NCBI GenBank assembly: GCA_028534125.1
Contig: CM052816.1
Coordinates: 17,114,001-17,178,000, forward strand
Length of the DNA: 64,000 nt
Direction: 5' to 3'
From: Lama glama
Taxonomy: Eukaryota
A program made the position numbers and the translations under genes. The notes under the pieces are model-generated. The model did no database searches. It saw nothing but the letters and a program-made list of their open reading frames with translations, and was not told the origin of the DNA. Shown one piece after another: positions 19,901 through 34,900 of the stretch. How positions within the stretch are numbered: the first letter of the stretch is position 1; every line of letters begins with the position of its first letter.

Positions 19901-22900
19901 ATGTGTCTAATAAAGCTATCACTTTGAGAAAAGTAAAATCTTACTTTTTCGTCGAAGCCTTCTCTTCTAGCTTGTTCAGCCAAATCTTTTCTTTTCATAC
20001 TGAGAATACAAAATAAAAATTAGAGGCATATGATAGTAAAAAGGGAATGATAGCATAAAATACAACTAGATCTGTATTAAGGATTTGAATTGCATTTCTG
20101 TTCTTTCTGGTAACCCTAATTATTTGGAAAGTGTCGTCATCAATAAATACTCTGGAGTATCATATCTCTAGCTATAAAGAATGTTATATTATGTCCCACT
20201 GCCAGAGGTCTGGGTTTGGGAAGGATTTTGACACCAAAATGACTCAGTTTCAAATGTAAGTGTATTCTTAAATATTTTGTGTAAAAACAATGCATTTAAT
20301 GTAGACTAAAATCATTTCCTGCCTTTTTAGAGCGACTTTGCTGTCATGTCCAGCTTTCTGTTACAGCTTTTTCTGAGTGGCATGGCATGCCTTGTATTAA
20401 TTTTAAATTAGCTTAGAGTTTCTTGACACTCAGAAATTAGGAGGTACTACTGGGTGTTTTCACAGTGTGTTTAGATTCAGCACATTGAATGGTGGTTGTT
20501 TAGCAATGAAAACTTTATTCTATAGTAAATCTCTATTAAGAGCTTTAAAATGGTAAGTTAAAAATTTAAGGAAAGTCATCTCACCTTTTCTTGTCTTCAG
20601 CCTTTTGAGATTTCTTTAGTTTGAGTTTTTCGAGAGCATTTTTGTAACGCTAGACATAATTTAAAATAGTTTAAAAGTTCATAAAAACTATATTCTGTAT
20701 TATCAATTTTTAATCAAAATAAATAGGAAATACTTGATTCCAGGGACTGCTGACCTAAAGAAATGTGGAGGCAAATGCTATGATTATCCTCTCACCTTGT
20801 TGCTACTTATGGTTTCTGCCTGCTTGTGGAAAAGCAGAAAGGATTCTCTAGTGGGCATCACACTTCAACTTGAAAAAAAAGTATCTTTAAAAAATATTAA
20901 CATTTATTACGTTAAGGATGTTAACACTTTGATGCATATAACCAACATCATAATCAAGAGATAAAAGATGAAAACCCACAGTTAAACTCATCGGGGAACA
21001 TATTAATAGTTTTCTTTTTTTTCTTGGACAGAGTTCTTAAGCCCCATTAACCCCACAGCTGTTAGGACCTTTTTTGTGTGAACGGGCTATGGTTAGAGCC
21101 ACAGTTATGCAGAGATGGGCAAGATGGTACACCCATGACTCTGCTACAACTCAAAAGTGAGGTAAGTGTGAGAGGACAGAGAAGACTCTACCCTGTCAGG
21201 GAGAATAGAATGTCAGTGAGTGAGCAGAGGGAATATTCCTGGAGGGCCAGGGAACGACATGAGCAGAGGCCCAGAGGAGAGAGTGAGAGCAAGCATGGTA
21301 AACAGCACTGTACTCAAAACATTAGCTGGGAAGTGCAGTGCTGTAAACAGAGGCATAGAAGGTAGAAATTGTACAGTTAAACAGTAATGAATAAACATAG
21401 GTCAGGGCTTTGAAACTTGAGAAGGCTCTTGAATGCCTGAGTAAAGAATTAGGCCTTATTGACAAGCACAAGGAAGATTTGAAGAATTTTTAACAGGGAA
21501 GTGATGTGATCATAACTGGGCTGGCACAGAAAAGAGGCTAGAACACTTAAGTATTGAGGGCCCTGCTGTAGTGGTGGCAGTTAGAATTCAAAGTGTCCTT
21601 AAGTTCCACAAATATGAGCAAAATCTACAGAGATGAACTTGACACAGAAGCCTTGGCAACAGACCATATAAGGGACAAAGGAATAAAAAGTTCAAGGTTT
21701 TCGAGCCCAGGGTTACTGAGAAAAGTGTTGCCATTAACAGAAAGTGAGGAAGATAAAGCACATGGAGTTCTGAGTTCAGATTGTTTATAGAAATACTAGC
21801 ATCTAAATTGAAAACTTTTGGAGGGAAGAAAGTTTTATAATATCCAGTGGTGCTTTGCCTTTAGTAGATAGCTCAAAAACATTTTTTAATGTCATTTTCT
21901 ATCTATTTTTTATTGAAGTATAATCAGTTTACAGTGTGTCAATTTCTGGTGCATAGCATAATGTTTCAGTCATATATATAGAGATACATATATATATATT
22001 CACTTTCATATTCTTTTTTCACTATACATTACTACAGGGTACTGAATATAGTTCCCTGTGCTATACATAAGAAATTTGTTTTTTATCAATAACTTTTGAC
22101 ATATTAAACTCTGAAATAATTTTGGCCACATTTTTAAAGCCAGAGAGCATTTTTTCCTAGTAGTGAAATAATGTAAATATGAGTAATACTGGACCAAAAC
22201 AAACAAAAAAACCCCAAATCACCTCCTTACAAAAGCCCCAAACCTGCTATCACTTGGAATTTAAGTGTTATTCAAACTACAAGAGTATAAACCATCTAAG
22301 GTTGGTCTTAGAATTCTGATTAGGAGAAGAGTTTGACATACCTCTTTAATCATTTTGCCAACTTCAAAATCTGGGCTTCTGCCTATTGAATAGTCAGCTT
22401 TTACTTCAGAATAGGTATCATTAATTATTGCCAAGAACATGTTCTGGGGAGAAATATTCAAATAAATAATTATTAAAATAAAAATTTAGTTTAAATGTTA
22501 ATGACTTTGACAAGTGCTGGGATTTGTAAAATTATATTTAAATTTTAAAAGTATCTCATATGCTCAATTATAGAGATAATGGCTGTGCAGACTATATATA
22601 ATATAGTAGAATGAGAAATGTGTAGTGTGTAAATATGGGCAAGTAGGTGTATGGTAAATGAGAAAAGCAGAATGTAAAATAGTGTATATGAACTGGCTAC
22701 TCATACATATTATACATTATTAATATTATATATCAGAAGAAAACAGAATAATGTAATTATATGTTCATAAGGGGTTTTTTTTCCCTTTAAAATTCTATAA
22801 AGCTGTTTAAATGCACAATTTTTCTAGGGCTCTTACAACTGCTAATGTCCAGATAACACAAACAGAATTGTGGAGAGGGTATTCTTACCCCCAGCCCACC

Positions 22901-25900
22901 TCTCCACCTTCTGCTGTGGCCCAGCTCTGTCACTGTGAGGACTCTTGCCCACCACCAGGGGATAACTGCTGTGCATGACAAAAAAATGTTCATGGAGGAC
23001 AGTAGCAGAGCATTGAGTAGGAAGGCAAGGTTCCTTGATTAGGAAGGCCAAATAGACTTGTCCTGAATATATGTGAGAGACCCATCCTGGGGGACTCCGA
23101 AAAATTGCAAAGGTGTGAGCTTTCAGCTATAAGGGCCAAAAGCCATTGCAAAATGGGCAGAATATTAATGGCCTAATTCATACCCACTGGTATGAAATGT
23201 CCCAGACTGGAGAGACCTGGGACATTCAAATTATATGTGTGAAAGATTTAGCACATTCTTGGCACACAGTAAACACCCAGATAGTAACAATTGTGATCAC
23301 GTTCTCTATAGGATAACTTGGAAACATTTAGACCCTGGGCTAGAGAACCTGAATTACTAGAAATCCATACCAATCTTAATAAGTGTAAAGTGTTCTCATA
23401 GCTAAGCAGTGTAACTTTTCTGAATTAGTAATTATATTTTTCTGAAAAATATGAACAAAAAGGGGAATATATATATATTGTCATTCTTACCAGCAGGACA
23501 AAGAACACGAAAAAGATGAAAGTGATGAAGTAAATGGGTCCCAAGATAAAATTGGCTTGCTGAATACCAGCAAAATTAAAATCTCCAAGAACAATTCGAA
23601 ATTGTGCAAATCTTTTATGGGAATGAAGAAAAACATTAGAAAACATTATAAACCTTCTTACATACATGACAACTGATGTAGGTTACCACTTTGTCTAGGA
23701 AAGTATCTAGCTGCATATGGCATGTTATGTGGGTTTAGTTTTGTTAGCACAGAGTTCTATAAAACTGGATGTAGAAAATTCCCCTAAAGGTAAGACTTGA
23801 GGTACTTAAGTAGCTGAACAGATAGCTTGAGAAATGATGGGCTTCAGTTTATTTAACCAATGTGAACCCAGACTTGAACCTTAAGATACATGCTTACCAG
23901 CTGATCTTGACAGTAGCCTTCTTAGTCATCCCTGTGCCCTTCTAAAACTTAGAATACTTTGATCTTGTCCAGTGAGTGATTTTCAACTTGTATTTAGAGT
24001 CAAGAGTTATACAATTTCAATTATATGCTTAAATTTTGCTCATCTACTGAAATAAGGAAGCCAACAATCTTGTCACTTGCTATGTCTCAGACAAGTGCTG
24101 GTAATGATCCTCAAATAGGATTCTGAGGTTTATTTTATTTTCAGTAAGTGTAAAAGCTTGGCTTTGATGTGAAATTGTATCTAAAATATTATAAATCTTC
24201 ATTTTATTAATTTTAAAGATGGAAAATTAAAAAATAAAGGCTTTAAACAAGCATAGTAGTAGAAGAGGTAGAATTAGGATTTCTTAGCGTAAAGTCTTTT
24301 ATTTTCTCATCATTAGTTTGCAGTGGCATTGCCAGTCATACCAGGGATTTTTCTTTAAAGGGGAAACCTGGGAAGGAATTTGTTTTAATAGTATGTAGAT
24401 ACTTTACGTGATTAGTTAGTCAGTCAAAGGGGAGAATGTCTCTTCTTCCTTGTTGCTTTTGCCCATCACACAAAGGGAGCATAGGACTATGTACAGTAAA
24501 GGAAAAATGTATTCTAAGAAATCTATTTGGAGTCTTAGGACTCAGAGTTACCTGAAATTTCATCTCCAGTGCCTGAGACCTGACTAAATCATACTTAAAA
24601 TATTTATCCAGCCTTTAATACTGGTTTGTAATGCTCTTCTACATGAAATAGAAAGAGAAATGCTGAATTGGAAGGAGACTATAAAGTTTCTCAACAAATC
24701 AAATTTCATTTTCCTCTCTGGCACATAAGAATAAGAAGTTCTGTTTTAGTGTTTTTAACTTAATCTTTTATCCTTGAGTTGCGTTTATGTAAGAAAAGAT
24801 AAATTAAAGGTGACATTTCTCCTCTCCAGAAATTATCTCATTAACTAAAGCTTCCATTCAGTCCTTTTCTATGAGGAAAGTGTCCACGTATCTCTGCTCT
24901 GTAAATAACGTGAATAACAAAAACCAAAGCAATTTACTGAATGGTTATAATCATATGGGAACTGGAAACAGCAAATACAATGTAATTGTCACTTTTCTCC
25001 TCTTAATTGGTGCTTGGTTTATTATTTTTTTTTTCTTTTCTCCAAGCTAAAAGGAGTACCATGACTTTTCAGCATACAGAGTTATACTGAATGAAAACAC
25101 TGTTTTGTAAATTCTTGATACCCCTGCTTTCTAGAGTTCTCTCTTCTTGAATTAAAATAGCTTACAGACTGTTTCATAATGTACCATTTATGGGTAATAC
25201 GACTTCACAGTCTCTCACTTGAAGGCGTGACTGAGTGGTATTTCTAAGCATTCTCCAAATACTGCCTCTATTCCACTCTGTCTTCTTCTGTAATTCAGGT
25301 TAAACATATATTAGGCCTTCTCTTCCTACCTTTTATGTCCTTCTTCCAACATTTTGTCTGTCTATGTTGTTTTTAATTTTTTTTCCTGACCCTTTTCACT
25401 TTACTTATTCTGTGTCTTAAACCTGTCAAATGTGTTTTTAATCTCAGTTGCTATAATTTTCATTTCTAGACTTAATTTGATACTTCTTCAAATATGTCAC
25501 TTTTTATACAATGCCCTTGGCCCAGTGCCCTTCCCTCCCCCTTCATTTCTCTCTTTTTCCCCTTTTGGGAGCCAGACATTAAAGATAAGGACATTCAAAA
25601 AATAACTGCATATATAGAGGAAATTAGAAAGTCAGCATGCATGCCCCCAAAAAGGCGCAGGTTCAGAAAAAACCTGATTAGAACTTAAGTTTACATCTGA
25701 GGCTGATCCTCAGCATGGAGACAGTCAGTAACAATAAAAAACAAAAACCACCAAACCCTGCGGAAGGGAAGGAATCTGATTTCCAAAATTTTCACATTGT
25801 TACCCTTAAACGTCCAGTTTTCAACAACAACAAAAAATGACAAAACATACAAAGAAACAAGGAAGTATGACCTTTTCAAAAGAAAAAATAAACCAACAGA

Positions 25901-28900
25901 AACCACCCCTAAGAAAGACCAGAAGGCAGACCTACTAGACAAAGACTTCAAAGCAACAATTTTAAAGATGCTCAGAGCTAAAAGAAGACATGGAGAAAGT
26001 CAAACTATGAACAAAAAATTGTAAATATCAGTAAAAAGATAGAAAACTTAAACAAACAAACCAAAATTCTAGTACAATAATTGAAACGAAAATTTGCTAG
26101 AGAGATTCAAAGGCAGATTTGAACAGGCAGAAGAAAAAAGTAGTGAACTTGAAGATAGGAAAATTGAAATTGAGTCTGAGAAACAGAAAGAAAAAAGATA
26201 AAAGTGAACAGAGCCTAAGAGACACCATCAAAGGGACTATCATATGCATAGGCACATGAAAAGATGCACAATATTGCTAACAGGGAAATGCAAATCAAAA
26301 CCACAATGTAATGCCACCTCACACCCACACCCATTAGGATAGCTACTAAAAAAAAAAGCCCAGAAAACAAGTTTTGACAAGGATGTGGAGAAACTGAAAC
26401 CCTTAGGCACTGTTAGTGGGAATGTAAAATTGGGTAGCCACTCCTGAAAACAGTATGGCAGTTCCTCAGAAAATTCAAAATAGAATTACCATATGATCCA
26501 GCAATTCCACATCTGGATATACACCCCAAAGAGTTAAAAGTAGGGTCTCAAAGAGATAGTTATACACCCATGTTCTTATAGCATTCATAATAGCTAGAAC
26601 ATGAAAGCAACCCAAGTGTCATGGACAGACTAATGGACAAACAAAATGTGATATACACATGCAATGGAATATTATTCAGCCTCAAGAAGGAAGGAAATTC
26701 TGACACACACTACAACGTTACTGAATCTTGAAGACATTAGGCTAAGTGGAATAAATCACTCACAAAAGGACAAATACTAGGTACCTAGAATAATCAAAAT
26801 AGTATAGACAAAAAGAATGCTGTTTGCCAGGGGCTAGGTTAAGGAGGAAAATGGAAAGCTCTTGTTTAATGGGTATAGAGTTTTAGTTTCACAAGATAAA
26901 AAGATTGCTGGAGATAAATGATGGTGATGATTAAACAATATGAATGTACTTCACTGTACACTTAGAAAAGGTTAAGATGGTAAATTTTATTTTGTAAAAA
27001 AATTTGTATATTTAACACAATAAAACAATATATATATATATCAACTTAAAAAATAAAGACTTCAGGGTATAAGTAGCTTTGGATGCTGAGTTTACTTTTC
27101 TGGGTTCTTGCTTTCTGATTTTGACCCAGCTATTACTCACTTTTTTGTTAGTTCTTTAATGTTATCTATATTTCTTCCAGCTTTTAAAATTGTCCTGAAG
27201 AGGTTGATTTCAATAACCTAGCACATCATTACTAAAACCTGTTTAATTTGTGCCTAATACTTTCTTCCCTTCCACTATCCATGTAAGACAAATTTCCAAG
27301 GTTCTGTAAATTACAACATTTATATTTAATGTCCAGTACTACTTAGTTTTATTATTAAGTAACACTTGAATTAAGATCCTAGGAAAGGACCAAGAAGTTG
27401 TTAGAACTGCAAACATTATTCACTCAGGATAAACTAATTAGACTTCTTAAATCATAGATGATTTGAAGTTGGAAAGGACCATGGGGAGTGATTTAGTCCA
27501 GCCCCTTCATTTACAGATAAAGAAATTAAGGTCTAGAAAAGTTAAATAGCTAATGCAGAATTGGAAAATAAAATTATATCCTCTGGGTTCTAGTCCGTTC
27601 TTTGTACTACTGATTTAGTAAAGGGTTGTTTCAGAAAAAGTGTTAGTAAATTTCATACAGTTGGTACTTCAGTTATTTACATGTGGATGATGAAAAGAGG
27701 GTGACCTAAAGAATTTCTTTAGAGCAGAATTTTCCCAAATTAAATAAAAGAGATATGGACAAGTAAGTTTAGGGAATTCTTAAAGAAAGTTACTGTAGGT
27801 TTTCTCAGAGCCATATGTTACCATGCACTGCAAATTTCCAAAAGAGTGATGCAAAATTTCCCAAACTTACTTAAGTATAAAGCCATTTTTCCCCAAACAA
27901 TCTTGGTCTAGATTCCACAGAACACATTTTGAGAACTGATATTTTACATCATCATAATCTTTTATACAGACAGAACTACTCAAAAAGAAAGAAAATTATT
28001 AAAATTACTCACTTTTAAAAGCCTGAAGGGGGAGGGTAATGGCTCAGTGGATGAGGTCCTGCATTCAATCCCCACTACTTCCATTAAAAATAAATAAATG
28101 AATTAAACCTAATTAGCTCCCCTCCAAAAATTTTTTTAAAATTAAAAAAAACCCTGAATGCTTTTCTAGGGATTCTTCCTACTCCATTCTATAAGTTTAT
28201 CTGCTGATTGCTTTATGTATATAAAGCTATTTTAAAAACTCAGCTTTGCCAGATCAGCAAAAGACATCAGGTCAATATCAATAAAAGGATTCTAAAGATA
28301 GAGCCCTCTAAAGAAAACACCTAAGATTCTTTTGCCACAGAGACATGGAATCAATGTCTTTTGCCTTAGGTAAAAATTTCACTTCTAGTGGAAAGTGAAA
28401 AATTATTTTTCTAACTTGACCTAGTAACACTTGAAAAATCGATAGCAGAATCCATTTGGATCTTTCAGTGCCTAACTGTACTTTGAGTGTGACAGATATT
28501 TAGCCATCAGTGAAAATACCAAACCATGTTTAAATTTATTAAAAGTTTATGTCACTACTTATCATAGGCCTTTCCATAATTTTTTTGTTATAAACTGGAA
28601 AATATATAATTACCTTTGTACTAAGAGCTTACATGGAATTTTGAAAAGTAGAGAAGTCGTCAACCTGTGATCCAAAAAGAAGAAATCCTAACTGGGCATA
28701 AGCAAAGAATATTATAAAAAACATGATGGCAAATCCTACTATGTCTTTGATACAGCGGGACAAGGTTGTTGACAGCTGAGACATTGTCTTATTAAAGCTT
28801 ATGAATTTGAATATCTGAAAAAGAACAAAGTTGAAATAGGAGAATATTACAGATTATAATTACTTAAAGTAAGTTAATTCATTTCAGAAGAAATCTGCTT

Positions 28901-31900
28901 CAAATTAAAAGAGATGCTTAATGATTCATAGGGGTGTTTAAGGCTTTGCCAGCAATCATTACAAAGTCAAACTACTTTTAAAATTACTGTATGGTTGAGA
29001 ATATCCTTTTGTTTTTTCATGACTTTGTAGTTTAAGTTCCCATTTTATTATCTAATACAATAAAAGATATCTAATCTATTACATCTGATAAAATATAAAT
29101 ACCTTTATCCATGCAAAGAAGATGGTTATAGCAATTACATTATTGTAATAAATATACCAGTATGCAAGAAAATAGAAGTCTGAATATTTTTCAGTATTTT
29201 TTAACAGTTGTCCAAGTAAGAGAAAAATTTGTATATTATAGTATAAGTTGAAGAAAACGGCCACAAAACACAACTAAATGGGAAAATAAAAAGGATTAAA
29301 TTAGAGACTTATTTCAATATCTAAATCTCCTGCAGCCTATGAAGAAACACATGAAAAAGTTCATCTAATGTTCAACAAAAAGGGAAGGAGAGAGAAGAGA
29401 TAGGCTTTTACATAAACGGAAGTAAGCCCAAATAATAGACGTTTAAGGTAGTATGTTCATCATAAAAGTAGCAAAATACTGATTTTGTAGCCATCCTAAT
29501 CTATCTGCCTGTTGGCTTCTTTTAGTCATAAAACACAAATACATCAAATGGTTATGTAATTCTGACTAGGCTGTAAGAGTTTCTGCTCCATTAAACTACA
29601 TGATAATTAAGAGTTTAATAGTTTTCACCATGTAACACTATAAGAAAAATTTGTTTACAGTTTCCCCCAAATAAACCCTTTTAGAGCTCTTTAACAGCTC
29701 TTCTACGATTTTAGAACCAGATTATCTTAGGTATCAGAGCTTATAACTGTCATGAAAATATTCTTTTGATTTCCCTCCCCTAATAAAGTACTCAAACATT
29801 TAATGCTATGCCCAATGTTAAGCATTACTGGGGATACCAGAGAGGTAGATGACACACTTTCTGACTCTGAGAAACTTTCAATTTGGTTTTGAGAAGCAAA
29901 TATGTATGTGTGTATATATATATATAGGATTTGCTATAACTGAGGGCCAGTAAGACTGAAAGATCACATTGTACAAACCAGAATGTTTATTGGTTTTTCC
30001 TAAAATCAAGCTTTTAGGATTTTTTCCCACCCTGCCCACACCTCTATGTTTATTTCAGTATTTTCCAGTGATCAGAACTGGCAGTCTTTGGAGTTTCTTT
30101 TAGGGACTATTTCCCCAATTCTGGTGGCATCCTTTGTGCCCACAAGCTACCCTCTGGCTGCTCAAACCTTTTCTGCCTTCAGTATTCTGCCTAGGCTTGT
30201 CTTTTGCCTGTTCTTTCAAAATTCAGTGTAAAGAGGAAAGCAGATTTAGGCAACTTAGAAGAGTACATTTTACAGGAACTTGCCCAAGAAGTTCTGTGAT
30301 TTTCAACATGAGGCCCTTGAAGAATATATTTTTTCTGAGTGGGGATAGGGAGACCTACTGTGCCTATTAAATCATAATACCTGTGGAATCACTTACTCCC
30401 CTAGGTTGATGCTAGTTCTCCCAAGGACTAAATCAGAAGAAAAAAAAAATACTGACTTCTCCCTTTTATAGGCATACCATTGGTATGTACTATGTCAGTT
30501 CATTTTATGATTTTTTTGAAGTACCGTCAGTTACAGTGTTTCAATTTCTGGTATACAGCACAACATTTTATGATTGATACTTGAAGCTTTTAAAACAAGT
30601 CCCAGATGAATAAAAAGTTCTGCTTTTTACACCTCCCAAATTGGTGCGTTCAGATGCAGTTCCCTTCAACCATGTATGTGACTATATACTCACCACCAAA
30701 AGTAGTAATTCTAGCCAGTTCCAAATACTTTTGAAATAGGCAGATTTAAATTCTTTTATTTTTTGGAGTTCTTGTATTGTGAAGACAAAAAGAAAAATAC
30801 AAAATGCGATTTCACAGGCAGCAATAAAATAATCATAGTAGCTAACATATCTGAGGAGCTTCACAGAGTAAAACTGCCATGAAGTAATTATTCCTCCAGT
30901 TGCAGGGAATTCTGCCACCAATCTGTAAAAGGTTGTGAAAGTAACTGCATTTCAAGTATTTATATTTCAGTACCTAACTCCACTTAAATTTCTGATCAGT
31001 GATGATCTGTATTTTAATCAGTTATTTTGTATAAAATATGTTTTCTCAGTGTCATGGTCTCAAAAAGTTTCTAGAGGATTTACTTATATTTTAATGCTCC
31101 ACTTTTTTTTTTTTTGGTAGTCTGAGTAGTGGTCAAAGACCAAGGTAAATGAGATGATGTGACTAGCTAGAAATTCATTCTATTCTGTGTTTAGATTGCT
31201 CATTCATAACTGAGATACTAAGTTATCTCCGTAGGAGAATGAGATGATGTTCAAGAACATGCTATACTATTAGTTACTGTTATTAGTCAGGACTCCATCC
31301 CCACAAATACAGAATTCTTGAATATTTCAGAGGAGGGAAATATACTCTACCCCTTTAGCTTTTAAGATACTTCTTGCTTCTAAATGTCAAGATCACATAT
31401 TTTACTAAAGTGAATGTTTTCTGGTTACTGTAGGCACGGGATGTTGGACACAAAGATCTATATGCAAATAGAAGTATAAAAATTAATTCTAACACTACAT
31501 ACAAAAAGATTTTGAGGTAGTTCACTGTATTTCTGTTATTCTCTACAAATTGGCAGAAATTTAAGTAACCAGCACCTCTATCACAATATCATGATGTAAT
31601 TATTCCTACCTAAAGATATTAGCAAATCTTACTGGTCCTGGAATAAGGTGCTGCCAAAAAAGACAGAAACAAGAATGAAACCATTGGTTAATAAGTAGAA
31701 AGCGGAACTATTCTTTTCCACCTTGCATATAGTAGGTGCACAATGTTGGATAAGTGAGTGAAGTGAAAGAAACTCAGTATTTTGATCTGAAGTGTAGAAT
31801 AATATGAAAGGAAAAAAGATGAGCATTCAGTTCAGTTTCCCAGATATGTGATGTGTACAAAAGGAAAGTAAGTGGATAAGGTCTTAGCGTAAGCAATAGG

Positions 31901-34900
31901 CTCCCATACAACTACTGATTAGATATACTACCAGTTAAAAGTTTCAAAATCTGCTGAAGTTTCTAAAAAATAACATTTTAAAAGATAATATAAAATAAGC
32001 ATAAAACCTAGAGACAGGAAATAAGGATTTAATCTAGTATTACAAGGAGTTCTTCATGTGACTTTAAGCCTATTACCTCAATGTTTTACTCTTATTTAAG
32101 ACATAGAAATGATTTGTATTCTTCACTTTATCCCTATCAGGACTATAGGAAAGGGTGGGTAATGTTGGTAAGAAGCTGATTCCCTGAAAGAAAAGAAAAT
32201 ACTATAAAATAAAATGTATAATAATGTCAATTGGATGCTTAAGGTAGTTCATTTTTTTCCCCATTTTTATAAATTTTAAAGGCCGTGGTTATGTTTCACC
32301 ATCACTGTTGCACAAGGGTAAAATTCTCTAATCAGAGTTAACACCAATTCCATATTCCACTGAGAGTAAAAATGTAAGACTCATGAAAGAAAAGTGGCTC
32401 ATTGAGACTTAGTGGATACCACTGTTTACCTGTCTCAAGGTCATTATTCCATTCCTCCTTTCTAACAGAATTCTAATTGTATCAGGCATCCACTCATTCC
32501 CAAATCACTTAGAGGAAGCCAATTCAATACCCAGGCAGATTCAATCATATTAATCCTATTTCCTTTGCCAGTGGATTCTAGAACCCAGGCCTAAGCCAAA
32601 TAGCATGGTCCAGGTTAGGCAGATGACCTAAGGTAATCAGACTACTGGAAAGAATTTTTTCTCTTTGGTTGGTTCTCCTTCCTTCTCCTCATGAGAGGAT
32701 GTCTCTTATCCTTCTCTTAGGTCCAACAGGTTAGCTCAGGCATGTCCTTCTCATGCAATAGCAGAGGTGAAAGAGAACAAGTTTTTTTTTTTTAATTTAT
32801 TTTTTAGGGGGGAGGTAATTAAGTTTGTATATTTAGTTTTAGAGGGGTACTGGGGATTGACCCCAGGACCTTGTATATGCTAAGCATGGGCTCTAGTACT
32901 TATACCCTCCCCACTAAGAGAGCAAGTTTTAATATACAAACCCATTTCAAACTGCTGCTTGTATCATAACTGCTGACATTCCACTGACCAAAGAAAGTCA
33001 CATGGTTGAGCTCAGTACCAAGGTCTGGGGCAGTGCACCCTGCCCTGGGTGACAGGACACTGCAAGTTTACATGGCAAAGATGTGAAGAATTGGGGCCAT
33101 TTTTGCAAATCTCTGCAGGCTCTCATTTCTAGGATGCTGACTGCTGTTACATATTGTTTGAAGTTTAAACTAGTCTACTCTTCAGACAAAAATTAGTAAC
33201 TTAATAAAGAAGCTCATTCTGAAAGGAAATCAACAGGTTTGAATGATCTAATTTAAAGGAAGAAATCATTATATAAAAAACATAAAATAAAGGAAGAAAT
33301 CATTAGGACTAAATGTTAGATCTGTCCAACTGCAGAATGATGAGAAATAAAACTATATATTCTTAAGTAATATAAAACTAACATACTATATGTAATTCTC
33401 CATGTTTTGGAATATATCCTGAAATAGTGAAACAATGAATGTGATGTTCCTTTTCCTTTTTTTTTCATTATTGGCAGAACTACATTATGTTTATTTTGGA
33501 GCTTATGATTTTAATTGCAGTACCAATATGCACAAACTGGAAACCCTAGTGAGGGCTCTCGGTGCCTTTTAAATTCTGTATACTAATAAGAGGTGGTTTT
33601 GAGTCACTCACCTGATGATGCAAAACAGATTTACATTAGCATTGTATAATGAAAAATCAATAAAAATAACTCTAGTTCCTCTTGTTATCCAGCTGTTCAT
33701 TCGAAGGTTAATGAACTTGTTTAGAGTTTCAGATTTTGATTTTGATAAAGTGAAAATATATCCCCCATTTCGGTAAACACCAACAAATCCCCAGTGCCAA
33801 GGGGAGTTTTTACTAGGAGCAGAGTACTTCCATCTGTAGATATAAAAAGAATAATGGAGAGATGAGAAAGCCTGACTGAGATGTATTCTAAGAATTTAAA
33901 CTAAACTTTGGTTCAAAAGTAGTAGTTACAAAAAAAAAGTAGTACTAAGTTAATAAGTATTATAGTAATTATGAAGCAAGATAGTAAATTAAGGATTTAA
34001 CTTAAAAAGATTAAAAGTTAAAAGGATTAAAATTTAATATGTTTTCATTTTTTAGTGCTTACTGGGGGCACACATTGGACTAAATGCTAAGAAAAAATGT
34101 TTTTAAATCCATCTGTTGCCTCAGGGAACTTGAACTCTAGAAAGTGATGACTGATTATTTTTTCTTTAATATGTTATCCGTTGTCTTATGAGCTCTTTAG
34201 ACTTTGAGTAGGATGAGACTACCAAGGGTTTTAATTCAGAAACATGTCTCAGCATGGGAAAAAAAGATGATTCATAGTCTGTCTTCTAAAGGTCATATAC
34301 CAATTATAAATGCCCAATAAATACTTTGTTACAGTGTCTATCTTGTTATATAGGTATCTTATTTTAATGAAAGTACATGAAGTAAAATCTATATAACTAA
34401 ATTTTGTTTCCATTCTATTTTAACTTAGCTATGGGATATCAAAAAATAAAGCCTTGTTTCTTCATTTCAGTCTCTATTCAGGCTCCCCAAAAGAGATCTG
34501 AGCAATTATCCAAAGATGGTCTGCTTAAACTCGTATTTCTATTAACAATACTATGTTTTCAGCAGGGAAGAAAAAAGTGACAACACTAAGAAAAAAATAC
34601 TCATATTTAATGAAAATTCCATAGTTGTGTTTCTGAGTGTTTTCCACATGATTGTTCAACTGAAACAAGAACATCTGTTACACCAACCCTCTCCTACTTC
34701 CAACTTTTAATATTGTTTTTAATTAATGAACGTTGTATTTTAGAAATACAAACAAGCACAAATTGATTCTTATTCTGGTTGTTAGGAAATGACATGTATT
34801 ATAATTCCAAATCCATAATGTTAATTTTGTTATTTAAATTATTTCTAACGTTTATGAAAATTTGGAATATTAAAATACCTAAGAGAGTAGTCTTGAGATC